50,977 bases of DNA, taken from positions 1 through 50,977 of the IMG/VR virus record IMGVR_UViG_3300024974_000003. The stretch is one strand, 5' to 3'. The notes below the pieces were generated by a model that ran no database searches, was not told the DNA's origin, and saw only the letters and a program-made list of their open reading frames with translations. This DNA comes from a virus (lineage: Duplodnaviria > Caudoviricetes). Position 1 is the first letter of the stretch; the number at the start of each line of letters is the position of its first letter. Shown in pieces: positions 36,642-45,108 of the stretch. A program made the position numbers and the translations under genes.

Positions 36642-37481
36642 ATGGCTTTAACAAATCAACCTTATCTACCTCTTTATGTTGATGACTGGATGAACAACAA
36701 TAAGCTTAAAATGTGTACTCCAGCAGCGCACGGAGTTATGATTTCAATAATGTGCATTTTACATAAAGAAGCTACTTACGGAAAGATTTTGCTTAAGCAA
36801 AAGTTTAAGCAAAGTGATAAGCAAATTAAAAATTTTGCTTTACAAATTGCTAAACTAACTGCTTTCGATTTGCTTGAAATTGAAAATCCATTGTTCGAAT
36901 TGATATCTGAATGTGTGTTAATCATTGAAGGTGATTTTTTGATTTGCAAGCGAATGGTTAGAGATGCCGAAATTTCGGAAAAGCGTTCAAGCGCTGGTGT
37001 TAAAGGCGGTGCGTCAAACAAAAATAAAAATTTTGCTTATACAAAAAGTGAAGCAAACCAAGAAGCAAAACCACAAGCAAACACCAAAGCAAATAGCGAA
37101 GCAAACACTGTAATTGAAAATGGAGTTGTAATTGTAAATGAAATTGTAAGTAAAAATGAAATTGTAGTTGCAGTTGAAAAACAAAAAAAAGCGAAATCTG
37201 AAATTCAAAAACAAGAAGTTGAATATCCGTTTTTCACCGAAAATTTCAAAGTGCAATGGCAGGCTTGGAAAGTTTACAAATCAAAAGAACATAATTTCAA
37301 ATATAAATCAATTCAAAGCGAACAAGCTTCATTGATTGAGCTTTCAAATCTTTCAAGTGGTAAAGAGACAACGGCAATTGCAATTATGAATCAATCTATG
37401 GCAAAAGGCTGGAAGGGATTTTTTGAATTAAAAGAAGTTCGTCAGAATGTTGAAAAGCCTAAATTTTCAATAAATCAGTAA
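36642..37481 (+). CDS. Replication initiator (YdaU/DUF1376-like N-terminus)
   Basis: PYLPLYVDDW, KRSSAG.KGG, C-terminal W..WK.YK...SMAKGWKGFF; contains iterons; precedes helicase loader. Confidence 0.82.
   Translation: MALTNQPYLPLYVDDWMNNNKLKMCTPAAHGVMISIMCILHKEATYGKILLKQKFKQSDKQIKNFALQIAKLTAFDLLEIENPLFELISECVLIIEGDFLICKRMVRDAEISEKRSSAGVKGGASNKNKNFAYTKSEANQEAKPQANTKANSEANTVIENGVVIVNEIVSKNEIVVAVEKQKKAKSEIQKQEVEYPFFTENFKVQWQAWKVYKSKEHNFKYKSIQSEQASLIELSNLSSGKETTAIAIMNQSMAKGWKGFFELKEVRQNVEKPKFSINQ
36788..37180 (+). repeat. Iteron array / replication origin
   Basis: AAGCAAA at 36795, 36807, 36819 and 37051, 37063, 37075, 37087, 37099 (12-bp period); inverted TTTGCTT at 36788, 36834, 36869, 37032; 6-bp periodic AT-rich tract after. 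Confidence 0.75.
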
Positions 37482-37482
37482 A

Positions 37483-38373
37483 ATGGATGAAATCGGAAAA
37501 ATAATAGAATCGATGCCAATAAAAAAAGGCATTATTACCAGACGAGAATATGAATGGCTTAAATCATTTGAAAAATTAGAGCCTCACGAATTGGAAAAAA
37601 TAAAGGAATTCGAAGGAAATTTAAAAGTTTCTGAATCCAGAAAAGAGATAAAAAAAGAAGTAATTGAACGTACAAAAGGATTAGTTCCTGATAAAAAAAT
37701 TATTTGGACAGGATTTTTACAAGCTTTTTTACAATCTCAAAAAAAGGAATTCGTACAAAACCCTGATACATTATCAAATTTAGAACCTGTGTTGAAATAT
37801 TTTGCAAAAGATGAAACTTTCTTCAATTGTAAAAATTTAGTTAAAAATTTCAACGGTAAAGAACTAGAAAATTCTTTTGATAAAGGACTTTTAATCATTG
37901 GAGACTATGGAAATGGAAAAACAACAATAATGCATTGTTTTGAAATTCTATTTAAAAAGAACTTCGAAATAGCAATGACCGAAAATTGGGATACAATGAA
38001 ACAATGGAATGAATTACGTTTCAAAAGCTCAAAATCACATGATGTTGTTACGGAATTCGAAACCATTACCAATCCAGATGCCAAGGATAATTTCTATAAA
38101 AAGTACAATAGTTTTAGATATTATTTTGATGATGTTAAAAAAGAAAAGACAGCATCAAATTATGGAAAAACAGAAATAATCAGGGAGATAATTGAGAAGC
38201 GTTACGATAAAAAATCCAAAACATACATCACTTGCAATTACAAAGAGGGGTATTCCAATAATCTTCAAGAAGCTTTAGTAGAATTCGGAGACAGGTACGG
38301 AGGTCACATTTACGACAGGCTATTCGAGATGTTCAATATCATTGAATTCAAAGGTAAAAGCTTTAGAAAGTGA
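37483..38373 (+). CDS. DnaC/IstB-like AAA+ ATPase (helicase loader)
   Basis: Walker A GDYGNGKT, Walker B YYFDDV, ITCN, DRLFEMFNIIEFKGKSFR. Confidence 0.88.
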   Translation: MDEIGKIIESMPIKKGIITRREYEWLKSFEKLEPHELEKIKEFEGNLKVSESRKEIKKEVIERTKGLVPDKKIIWTGFLQAFLQSQKKEFVQNPDTLSNLEPVLKYFAKDETFFNCKNLVKNFNGKELENSFDKGLLIIGDYGNGKTTIMHCFEILFKKNFEIAMTENWDTMKQWNELRFKSSKSHDVVTEFETITNPDAKDNFYKKYNSFRYYFDDVKKEKTASNYGKTEIIREIIEKRYDKKSKTYITCNYKEGYSNNLQEALVEFGDRYGGHIYDRLFEMFNIIEFKGKSFRK

Positions 38374-38609
38374 AAGCAAAAATCCTTGAGTTAGTAGAAA
38401 AAAAGCATCATTCAAGTGGTGGGAAGTGTGGAACTTACTTTGTTGAGTTTTTAATCCACTTGAAAGTATCAGTTGATGAATTTGAAAAGGTCGCATCAGA
38501 AATGTACAACAATGAGCAAATTGACATCAGGATGGGAATAAATGGATTTATGATAATGCAATTTGTTCCAATTAAAAAAAGCAAGAATAATAATTTAAAA
38601 ACTAAATAA
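38370..38609 (+). CDS. Hypothetical protein
   Basis: GTGA overlap. Confidence 0.65.
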   Translation: MKAKILELVEKKHHSSGGKCGTYFVEFLIHLKVSVDEFEKVASEMYNNEQIDIRMGINGFMIMQFVPIKKSKNNNLKTK

Positions 38610-38611
38610 AA

Positions 38612-39088
38612 ATGAGTGAAACATTAACCGCTGAAAAAAGCAAAGTAATTACAGCCTATAACAAGGCAAAAGGAGGCAGAAAAGTAATGTTAGAAAACCT
38701 TTTCGGAATTAAAACCTTTCAGCCTGAAATCAAAGAGAGAATCAAATCTTTCGATGATGTTTTGAGAGAAAACGGAATCGTCAAACTTGATTTTGAAAAA
38801 TCTTGTCAAGGCTTAACCACGGATGAAGTGGCTTACAAACAAGTCAAAGAAATAGTAAAAGCCTTTAATGAAGGTTGGACTCCAGACTGGACAAATTCAA
38901 ATGAGGGTAAATATTATCCTTGGTTCAAAATGGGTTCTCCTTCGGGTGGCGGTTTTTCGTACGACGACTGCGGTCTCTGGAGCACGGTTTCGTATGTCGG
39001 CTCTCGCCTTTGCTTCAAAAATTCAGATTTAGCGAAACACGCTGCTAATCTATTCCTTGACATTTACAAAGATTTACAAACCGCTTAA
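38612..39088 (+). CDS. DGR target protein 1
   Basis: Contains VR1; paralogue of the next gene. Confidence 0.9.
   Translation: MSETLTAEKSKVITAYNKAKGGRKVMLENLFGIKTFQPEIKERIKSFDDVLRENGIVKLDFEKSCQGLTTDEVAYKQVKEIVKAFNEGWTPDWTNSNEGKYYPWFKMGSPSGGGFSYDDCGLWSTVSYVGSRLCFKNSDLAKHAANLFLDIYKDLQTA
38934..39009 (+). repeat. DGR variable repeat VR1
   Basis: 76 nt; 13 mismatches to TR, all at TR adenines. Confidence 0.95.
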
Positions 39089-39098
39089 AAACCATATT

Positions 39099-39470
39099 AT
39101 GTACACAGAAATTAAAACATTTGAAGACGCTTGCAAGGCTATTAATGTAGAGCCTACTATTATTCCAGATTTTTCATTGTTTCCTGAATCAGACCAACAG
39201 GCAATGATAGCACACGCCAAATTAGTAATTATCGCCAAAGCCATAAACGGTGACTGGGTTCCAGACTGGACAAATGGCGAATGGGATAAGTACTATCCTT
39301 GGTTCAAAATGGGTTCTCCTTCGGGTGGCGGTTTTTCGTACTGCGGCTGCGATTACCGGGGCACGGTTTCGGCTGTCGGCTCTCGCCTTTGCTTCGAAAC
39401 TAGAGAAAAGGCTATATATGCAGGTAATCAATTTGAAGACCTGTACAAAGTCTATTTTGTAAAAGCATAA
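39099..39470 (+). CDS. DGR target protein 2 (ATG 39099 preferred over TTG 39057)
   Basis: Contains VR2; IKTFEDAC...GDWVPDWTN...KYYPWF...GSRLCF. Confidence 0.9.
   Translation: MYTEIKTFEDACKAINVEPTIIPDFSLFPESDQQAMIAHAKLVIIAKAINGDWVPDWTNGEWDKYYPWFKMGSPSGGGFSYCGCDYRGTVSAVGSRLCFETREKAIYAGNQFEDLYKVYFVKA
39313..39388 (+). repeat. DGR variable repeat VR2
   Basis: 76 nt; 15 mismatches at TR adenines plus one T>C. Confidence 0.95.
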
Positions 39471-39500
39471 TAAATGAGGTTGTGTGGTGTCGTTGCTGTA

Positions 39501-39576
39501 GTTCTCCTTCAGGTGGCAGTTTTTCGTACAACGACTACGATAACTGGAACACGAATTCGAATGTCAGCTCTCACCT
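39501..39576 (+). ncRNA. DGR template repeat (TR)
   Basis: Intergenic AAC/AAT-rich copy of both VRs with 19 adenines, just upstream of the RT. Confidence 0.95.
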
Positions 39577-39683
39577 GAGCTAAAAAATTTTAAGCACCAC
39601 AGACCTTGCCAACACGGCAAAAAATTACAAAATTAATAGGTTCGCTAGTAGAGCAATCGAAAGCGAACCAATCAAAGCAAAGT

Positions 39684-40646
39684 ATGAAACGATTCAAAAA
39701 TATATACCAACAAATTATTTCACCAGCAAACCTAATTATTGCGGAAGCAAAAGCACGCAAAGGCAAAGCCAAACAATATGGTGTGAAGGTATTTGATAAA
39801 AATCCACAGGGAAACCTTGTGGAGCTTCATAAGATGTTGCTTGAAAAAAATTACCAAACATCAGAATACACCACTTTCAAAATCTTTGAACCAAAAGAAA
39901 GGCTAGTTTTTAGATTGCCATACTTTCCTGATCGCATTACCCATCACGCTGTTATGAATGTTCTGGAGCCAATATTTACCAAATTATTCACAGCTGATAC
40001 ATACAGCTGCATCAAAGGAAGAGGAATTCACGGAGCTGCCAATAATTTAAAAAAAGCATTGAAGGACCAGGAGAACACAAAGTACTGTTTGAAATTAGAT
40101 ATTGTCAAGTTCTATCCAAATGTAGATCATGAGGTTCTAAAGCAACTATTGAGAAAAAAGTTTAAAGACCAGGATTTACTTTGGTTGTTGGATGAAATCA
40201 TTGATAGCGCTGATGGATTGCCAATAGGAAATTATTTAAGCCAATATTTTGCAAACTATTACCTGACCTATTTTGACCACTGGATAAAAGAAAACAAAGA
40301 AGTAAAATATTACTTCAGGTATGCTGATGATATTATTATTCTATCGAGCAACAAACCACATCTTCACGAGCTGTTGGCAGAAATAAAAACCTATTTGAAT
40401 GATAATCTAAAGCTTCAGGTAAAAGGGAATTATCAAGTATTCCCAGTTGAAGCACGTGGAATTGATTTCGTTGGATATGTATTCTACCATACGCACACGC
40501 TTATGCGAAAATCAATTAAAAAAAGATTTGCAAGGGCAATGTCAAAAACAAAAAACAAAGCCACGATAGCCGCTTATTTCGGATGGGCAAAACATTGCAA
40601 TTCAAAACACCTATTAAAAAAATTAATACCAAATGAACGCATTTAA
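39684..40646 (+). CDS. DGR reverse transcriptase (ATG 39684 preferred over TTG 39606)
   Basis: PKER, DRITHHA, KLDIVKFYP, GLPIGNYLSQ (DGR-type SQ), YFRYADD, GIDFVGY. Confidence 0.96.
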   Translation: MKRFKNIYQQIISPANLIIAEAKARKGKAKQYGVKVFDKNPQGNLVELHKMLLEKNYQTSEYTTFKIFEPKERLVFRLPYFPDRITHHAVMNVLEPIFTKLFTADTYSCIKGRGIHGAANNLKKALKDQENTKYCLKLDIVKFYPNVDHEVLKQLLRKKFKDQDLLWLLDEIIDSADGLPIGNYLSQYFANYYLTYFDHWIKENKEVKYYFRYADDIIILSSNKPHLHELLAEIKTYLNDNLKLQVKGNYQVFPVEARGIDFVGYVFYHTHTLMRKSIKKRFARAMSKTKNKATIAAYFGWAKHCNSKHLLKKLIPNERI

Positions 40647-40929
40647 AGATTTGGGAATAAAAGCCCAACCCAACTCATTTGTTGGTGACAAATTGAAATT
40701 AGATAAAATTTTAAACCAAGAAATAAAAGTACTTGAATTCAAAATTGACAAATCAATTAAAAAAGAAAACTCAGATTATTTGACATTACAAATTGAAAAG
40801 AATGAAACAAAATATGTTGTTTTTACTGGCTCAAAAATACTGATGCAAATGATAAGTGAGGTGCCTAAAGATAAATTTCCCTTTACAACAACAATAGTAA
40901 AAAGCAATGATTATCCTGAATTTACATAA
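40633..40929 (+). CDS. Small protein overlapping the RT stop; candidate DGR accessory factor
   Basis: 14-nt overlap with the RT; beta-rich, VVFTGS..L...FPFTTTI. Confidence 0.65.
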   Translation: MNAFKDLGIKAQPNSFVGDKLKLDKILNQEIKVLEFKIDKSIKKENSDYLTLQIEKNETKYVVFTGSKILMQMISEVPKDKFPFTTTIVKSNDYPEFT

Positions 40930-40959
40930 CATACAATAAACAATCAAATTTTAGAAACA

Positions 40960-42609
40960 ATGAGTAAAACAACAGAAACAAAAATTGAAAATTTGAAGTT
41001 GGAAAATATCTTCCCTTCAAAAACGAATCCCAGAAAATCCTTTGACGAAAAAGGATTGCAGGAACTAGCCGAAAGCATTAAAGAGTATGGATTGCTTCAG
41101 CCAATACTCGTGAGACCAATCTTGGACGATTTCGATAAGGACTTGAAACCAAATTATGAAATCATTTACGGTGAAAGAAGGTACCGAGCTTCAGTACTTG
41201 CCAAGATGACAACCATCAAGGCTCAAATTGAGTATATGGATGATGACAAAGCTTTTGAAATTCAAGTATTAGAAAACCTCCAGCGTGAGGATGTATCTCC
41301 ACTCGATGAAGCCAGAGCGTTTCATTCTTTGATGAAAAAAGAATCTTTAGACTGGTTAGCTTCCAAAATTAATAAATCTAAAAAGTACGTCCTGGATCGT
41401 GTGAAGCTTTTAGACTTATGTGATTTCGCAATGGAAACTTTAGAGGCTGGAGTACTACCTATTGGTCACGCTATGTTGCTTTCGAAAATCGATAAAGTGG
41501 TTCAGAGAAATATTATGAATTCATTGTCTTTGATTACAAATATCAATATGTCGAAAGATAAAAACGACTACACGCACAGCTATTGCACTAAAACTATGAG
41601 TTCACTTAAAGACTCAATAGCGGGGTTAATGCTTTCGTTTGACAAGGCAAACTTTGACCTCAACGATGAAAATCTTTTACCTAAAGCGGGAAGTTGTCAA
41701 GTTTGCCCAAAGAGAACCATTAACGAAAACTTGCTTTTTGGAGACATCACGCACAAAGATATGTGTACCGATACCCTTTGCTTTAATTCTAAAATCAAAA
41801 CACAACTCGAGGTTAATCTTGCAGGAGCAAAAGAAAAATACGGGAAGATTTTAATGGCTGAAAAAAATCCGTACAGCGGAAGTGAGCAGGTTAGAGTAGG
41901 CGGAAAAGATGTGTATTTCACTGATAAAAAAACAGAAAGCAATTCTGTTCCTGCAATCATTAACAAAGCCGATAACTGGAGTCAAAAGTACATTGGTAAA
42001 GTAGTTTGGATTGAACCCAAAAAAGAGGTTGAAGATATAGAACAAAAGCCAAAAGGTTTAGATTCGTGGGAAATCAGACAGAACAAAATTACGGATGAGG
42101 TTGTAATTCCAAGATACAAAGAAGTGTTTGATAAATTACTTTCTGATATTCCTATCACAATTATCGAAAGCGAAAACTGCTTGAACATTGTAGATGATTT
42201 TTTGATTGAAAATCTAGTGGCGGGTTCATTCAATAAAATAATCATCGTTTGCAATCTACTTGGAATCAAAACCGATGTGGAGTTAGATGCTCAAATACTT
42301 CGAGAATACAAAGACTCATTATCTCGAAATGAACAATACAATTTACAATTTGAGCTTTCAAAGAAATTGGTTAATAGTCACAGCATAGAAATGATTTGCA
42401 ACATTCTTTTGCTGGATGACATCGTAGAAAAAGACATTGAAATGGACGAAGAGATTGAAGCTTGGGAGATTTCAATCAAAAGATACTATGAGACAATCGG
42501 ATTGCTTGAAAAACCTATCGAAGAAATCGAAACGGATGTAGAAGAAATTCCAGTCGAACAACCTTCAATTACTGAAAGGGTAAAAGAAAGAGCCAAAAAG
42601 CTAAAATAG
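40960..42609 (+). CDS. ParB/Spo0J-family protein with long C-terminal extension
   Basis: NPRKSF...LAESIKEYGLLQPILVRP...IYGERRYRAS...ENLQREDVSPLDEA; CQVCPKR...CTD..CF. Confidence 0.9.
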   Translation: MSKTTETKIENLKLENIFPSKTNPRKSFDEKGLQELAESIKEYGLLQPILVRPILDDFDKDLKPNYEIIYGERRYRASVLAKMTTIKAQIEYMDDDKAFEIQVLENLQREDVSPLDEARAFHSLMKKESLDWLASKINKSKKYVLDRVKLLDLCDFAMETLEAGVLPIGHAMLLSKIDKVVQRNIMNSLSLITNINMSKDKNDYTHSYCTKTMSSLKDSIAGLMLSFDKANFDLNDENLLPKAGSCQVCPKRTINENLLFGDITHKDMCTDTLCFNSKIKTQLEVNLAGAKEKYGKILMAEKNPYSGSEQVRVGGKDVYFTDKKTESNSVPAIINKADNWSQKYIGKVVWIEPKKEVEDIEQKPKGLDSWEIRQNKITDEVVIPRYKEVFDKLLSDIPITIIESENCLNIVDDFLIENLVAGSFNKIIIVCNLLGIKTDVELDAQILREYKDSLSRNEQYNLQFELSKKLVNSHSIEMICNILLLDDIVEKDIEMDEEIEAWEISIKRYYETIGLLEKPIEEIETDVEEIPVEQPSITERVKERAKKLK

Positions 42610-42614
42610 TAATC

Positions 42615-42649
42615 AAAACTGCGAGGTTCTAACAAAATCTCGCAGTTTT
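42615..42649 (+). terminator. Terminator after parB
   Basis: AAAACTGCGAG...CTCGCAGTTTT. Confidence 0.8.
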
Positions 42650-42753
42650 AAAAACCTAGTAAAATCAGCACTTGAATATTAATTCAAGTATTAAAATACT
42701 TTCAAATAAGGCTTAATTTTTGTAAATTTATATAGTAAAAAATCGATGAAAAT

Positions 42754-43203
42754 ATGAGAATTTGTGCAGAATGTAAAAAAGAATACGATGGATTTCTAAT
42801 CAGTCATAGCGCAAAATATTGCAGTGAAGAATGTAGAAAAATCGTAAGAGGCAGAGTTAATTCTGTTCAGAAAAGCAGAAGAAAAGCTAAAATTAATTTA
42901 GGAGATGTGGATTTTATCGCCAAAGATGTTCACAGAAAATACAAACAAAGAGCACCTCATAGAGGATTGGAGTTTACTTTAACAATAGACTTTTTCAAGA
43001 AAAATGTAAAGGCAAATTGTCATTATTGCAATGAAATAATTCCAACAGTAGGTTTTGATAGAGTAGATAACTCGATAGGATATATTGAAAGTAATTCAGT
43101 TCCTTGCTGTGCAGACTGTAATCTTATGAAAAGAAGTTTGCCTTTAGACTTATTTTTAAAAAAGTGTAAGCAAATTTCAGAAAACCAAAATAATAAAAAA
43201 TAG
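42754..43203 (+). CDS. Zinc-binding HNH-like endonuclease
   Basis: CAEC...YCSEEC; CHYC...GFDRVDNSIGY...NSVPCCADCN. Confidence 0.8.
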   Translation: MRICAECKKEYDGFLISHSAKYCSEECRKIVRGRVNSVQKSRRKAKINLGDVDFIAKDVHRKYKQRAPHRGLEFTLTIDFFKKNVKANCHYCNEIIPTVGFDRVDNSIGYIESNSVPCCADCNLMKRSLPLDLFLKKCKQISENQNNKK

Positions 43204-43204
43204 T

Positions 43205-43366
43205 ATGGCAACATTAAACGAAATTGAAGCAAGGATTCAAGACCACGAAAAACGATTAATTGAGTTAAAAAACGACATACCGAATAATAAAGATAGGATT
43301 CGGGTAACCAATAATCTTATCGCATTTTGGAAAGGTCAAAAAAAGAAAGTGATTAAATCTAAATAA
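43205..43366 (+). CDS. Small protein (53 aa, MATLNEIEARI...), not in ORF track
   Basis: Fills the gap exactly. Confidence 0.55.
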   Translation: MATLNEIEARIQDHEKRLIELKNDIPNNKDRIRVTNNLIAFWKGQKKKVIKSK

Positions 43367-43369
43367 GCT

Positions 43370-43600
43370 ATGAGCGAAGACATCAAAAAAACACAAAAAG
43401 TAATCCTGTTCCCGGAAGACCCGGAAATCAATTTGGAAACAAAACAGGAAGTAATAATATCAGAAGATGCTCAGTATATCAGTATTGAACACGACGGAGA
43501 ATGTCTATGGATGAGTATTGACAACTTTGTCAAGTTATCGGAGCTAATTAACTCTGCTTTGAGCGAATTATCCATTGAAAATCATAAACGACTTTTATAA
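43370..43600 (+). CDS. Hypothetical protein
   Basis: Packed ORF. Confidence 0.6.
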   Translation: MSEDIKKTQKVILFPEDPEINLETKQEVIISEDAQYISIEHDGECLWMSIDNFVKLSELINSALSELSIENHKRLL

Positions 43601-43601
43601 T

Positions 43602-43976
43602 ATGGAAATAAATTCACGCCCTATTTCAAATAGAAACGCAATAACAGGATGTTTTTTAAAAGGATCAATTCCACATAATAAAGGGAAAAAGTGGAAAGAT
43701 TTTATAGATGGTCGAAAAAAAAGAAAAATGCTTCGAGGTCTTGAACTTGGTAGAAAACAGATTAATCCAATAATTGCTGGATTTAATAAAAAAGCTATTG
43801 TGGGTATTAAAAACGGAAAAATGTATCCGTTTGAAAGTTCTGAAGATGCTTTTAGGAAAGTCGGAATTTGCGCCAGAAACATCCGAAGTTGTTGTGCTGG
43901 AAAAAGAAATTCAGCTGGTGGTATAAAATGGTTTTATGATTCTGATGTTGAAGTCTGGAAAAAATTATTGATATGA
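43602..43976 (+). CDS. NUMOD1-like DNA-binding protein (ATG 43602)
   Basis: FLKGSIPHNKGKKW; FESSEDA...I.SCC.GKRNSAGG.KW. Confidence 0.7.
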   Translation: MEINSRPISNRNAITGCFLKGSIPHNKGKKWKDFIDGRKKRKMLRGLELGRKQINPIIAGFNKKAIVGIKNGKMYPFESSEDAFRKVGICARNIRSCCAGKRNSAGGIKWFYDSDVEVWKKLLI

Positions 43977-44218
43977 AATACAATATATCAGAATTACAAC
44001 AAGCAAATATTGATTTCAGAGAAGTTTTTGGCACTGGTTTAGGACCATATTTAGAAAGTCAAATTACAGCAATGACAGGACAATTAGTATTGAATATTAT
44101 TGATTTTCATAAATATTTAGAAAAAAAACATTCCGAAAATCATCAATCTTTTAACAAATTATTATCCGATAACTACGGAGAAAAAGGAATACAATTAATT
44201 AAAAAATTAACATTATGA
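43973..44218 (+). CDS. Hypothetical protein
   Basis: ATGA overlaps. Confidence 0.65.
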   Translation: MKYNISELQQANIDFREVFGTGLGPYLESQITAMTGQLVLNIIDFHKYLEKKHSENHQSFNKLLSDNYGEKGIQLIKKLTL

Positions 44219-45102
44219 CATACGGATATTTAAGGGTTTCCTCTGATAGGCAAGATGTTGAAAATCAAAAAACAGGAGTTGTAGAAAAATGCACATCTTT
44301 AGGTTTGGTAATTGACAAGTGGATAAGCGATGAGGGTATTTCAGGTACAAAAGAGCCAGAAAAAAGAGCTTTAGGAGGGCTTTTAAAAAAAATGAAAAAA
44401 GGAGATGTTATAATTTCTTCTGAATTATCGAGGTTGGGGCGTAATTTGTTTATGATTATGCGAATTTTAGAACACTGTATGAAGTCTGAAGTGAAAGTTT
44501 ATACAGTAAAAGATGGTTATGAACTTGGCGATAATATTACGTCTAAAGTTTTGGCTTTTGCTTTTGGTTTAGCAGCCGAAATTGAGCGTGATATGATTTC
44601 AAAAAGAACTAGGGAAGCATTGCAGAAGAGAAAAGCAGATGGAGTTATTCTAGGACGTCCGGTTGGTCAACGAAACAATATAAAAAAATGTGATAAGCTT
44701 AAAGATGACATCATAAAATACAATCAAATGGGTTTGTCGATGTCAAGAATTGGAAAATTGTTAAAATGTCATCGACTAACAATTTCAAACTTTATGAAAG
44801 AAAATAATATTAAACCTTTTCACAAAGGAGCAAATTTAGACAAGGTAGATGCATTGATGGAAAATTACAAGCCATCGATCAGGCTGTTTTTACAACAAGG
44901 ATTAAGACATACCGAAATTGCTATTAGATTAAGCGATGATTATCAAACTAAAATTTCTTCATCAAGGCTTGAAAAATACATCTCAAACAATGAAGATTTA
45001 CACAAAGAATTGAGAATTGCACAGGATGAAAAAAGAATGAAAGCTAATGGTTCGTTGAATAGAAGTAAAGATAAAGCTCTTCTTATGGCAGGTGCTGTTT
45101 AA
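44215..45102 (+). CDS. Serine recombinase (resolvase/invertase family) with extended C-terminus
   Basis: YGYLRVSSDRQ, DEGISG, SELSRLGR, AEIERDMISKRTREAL...GVILGRP. Confidence 0.93.
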   Translation: MTYGYLRVSSDRQDVENQKTGVVEKCTSLGLVIDKWISDEGISGTKEPEKRALGGLLKKMKKGDVIISSELSRLGRNLFMIMRILEHCMKSEVKVYTVKDGYELGDNITSKVLAFAFGLAAEIERDMISKRTREALQKRKADGVILGRPVGQRNNIKKCDKLKDDIIKYNQMGLSMSRIGKLLKCHRLTISNFMKENNIKPFHKGANLDKVDALMENYKPSIRLFLQQGLRHTEIAIRLSDDYQTKISSSRLEKYISNNEDLHKELRIAQDEKRMKANGSLNRSKDKALLMAGAV

Positions 45103-45108
45103 AATCTC

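Noticed and set aside
37051-37105. CRISPR-like array
   Set aside because: 7-bp units with 5-bp spacers inside a CDS; these are iterons. No CRISPR array or cas gene was seen in the window
39684-40646. Group II intron, retron or Abi reverse transcriptase
   Set aside because: Short RT without maturase/endonuclease domains, GNYLSQ motif and an adjacent TR/VR set identify a DGR
44215-45102. Invertase-driven tail fibre shufflon
   Set aside because: All fibre segments are on the + strand, no flanking inverted repeats were seen, and the recombinase is over 20 kb away
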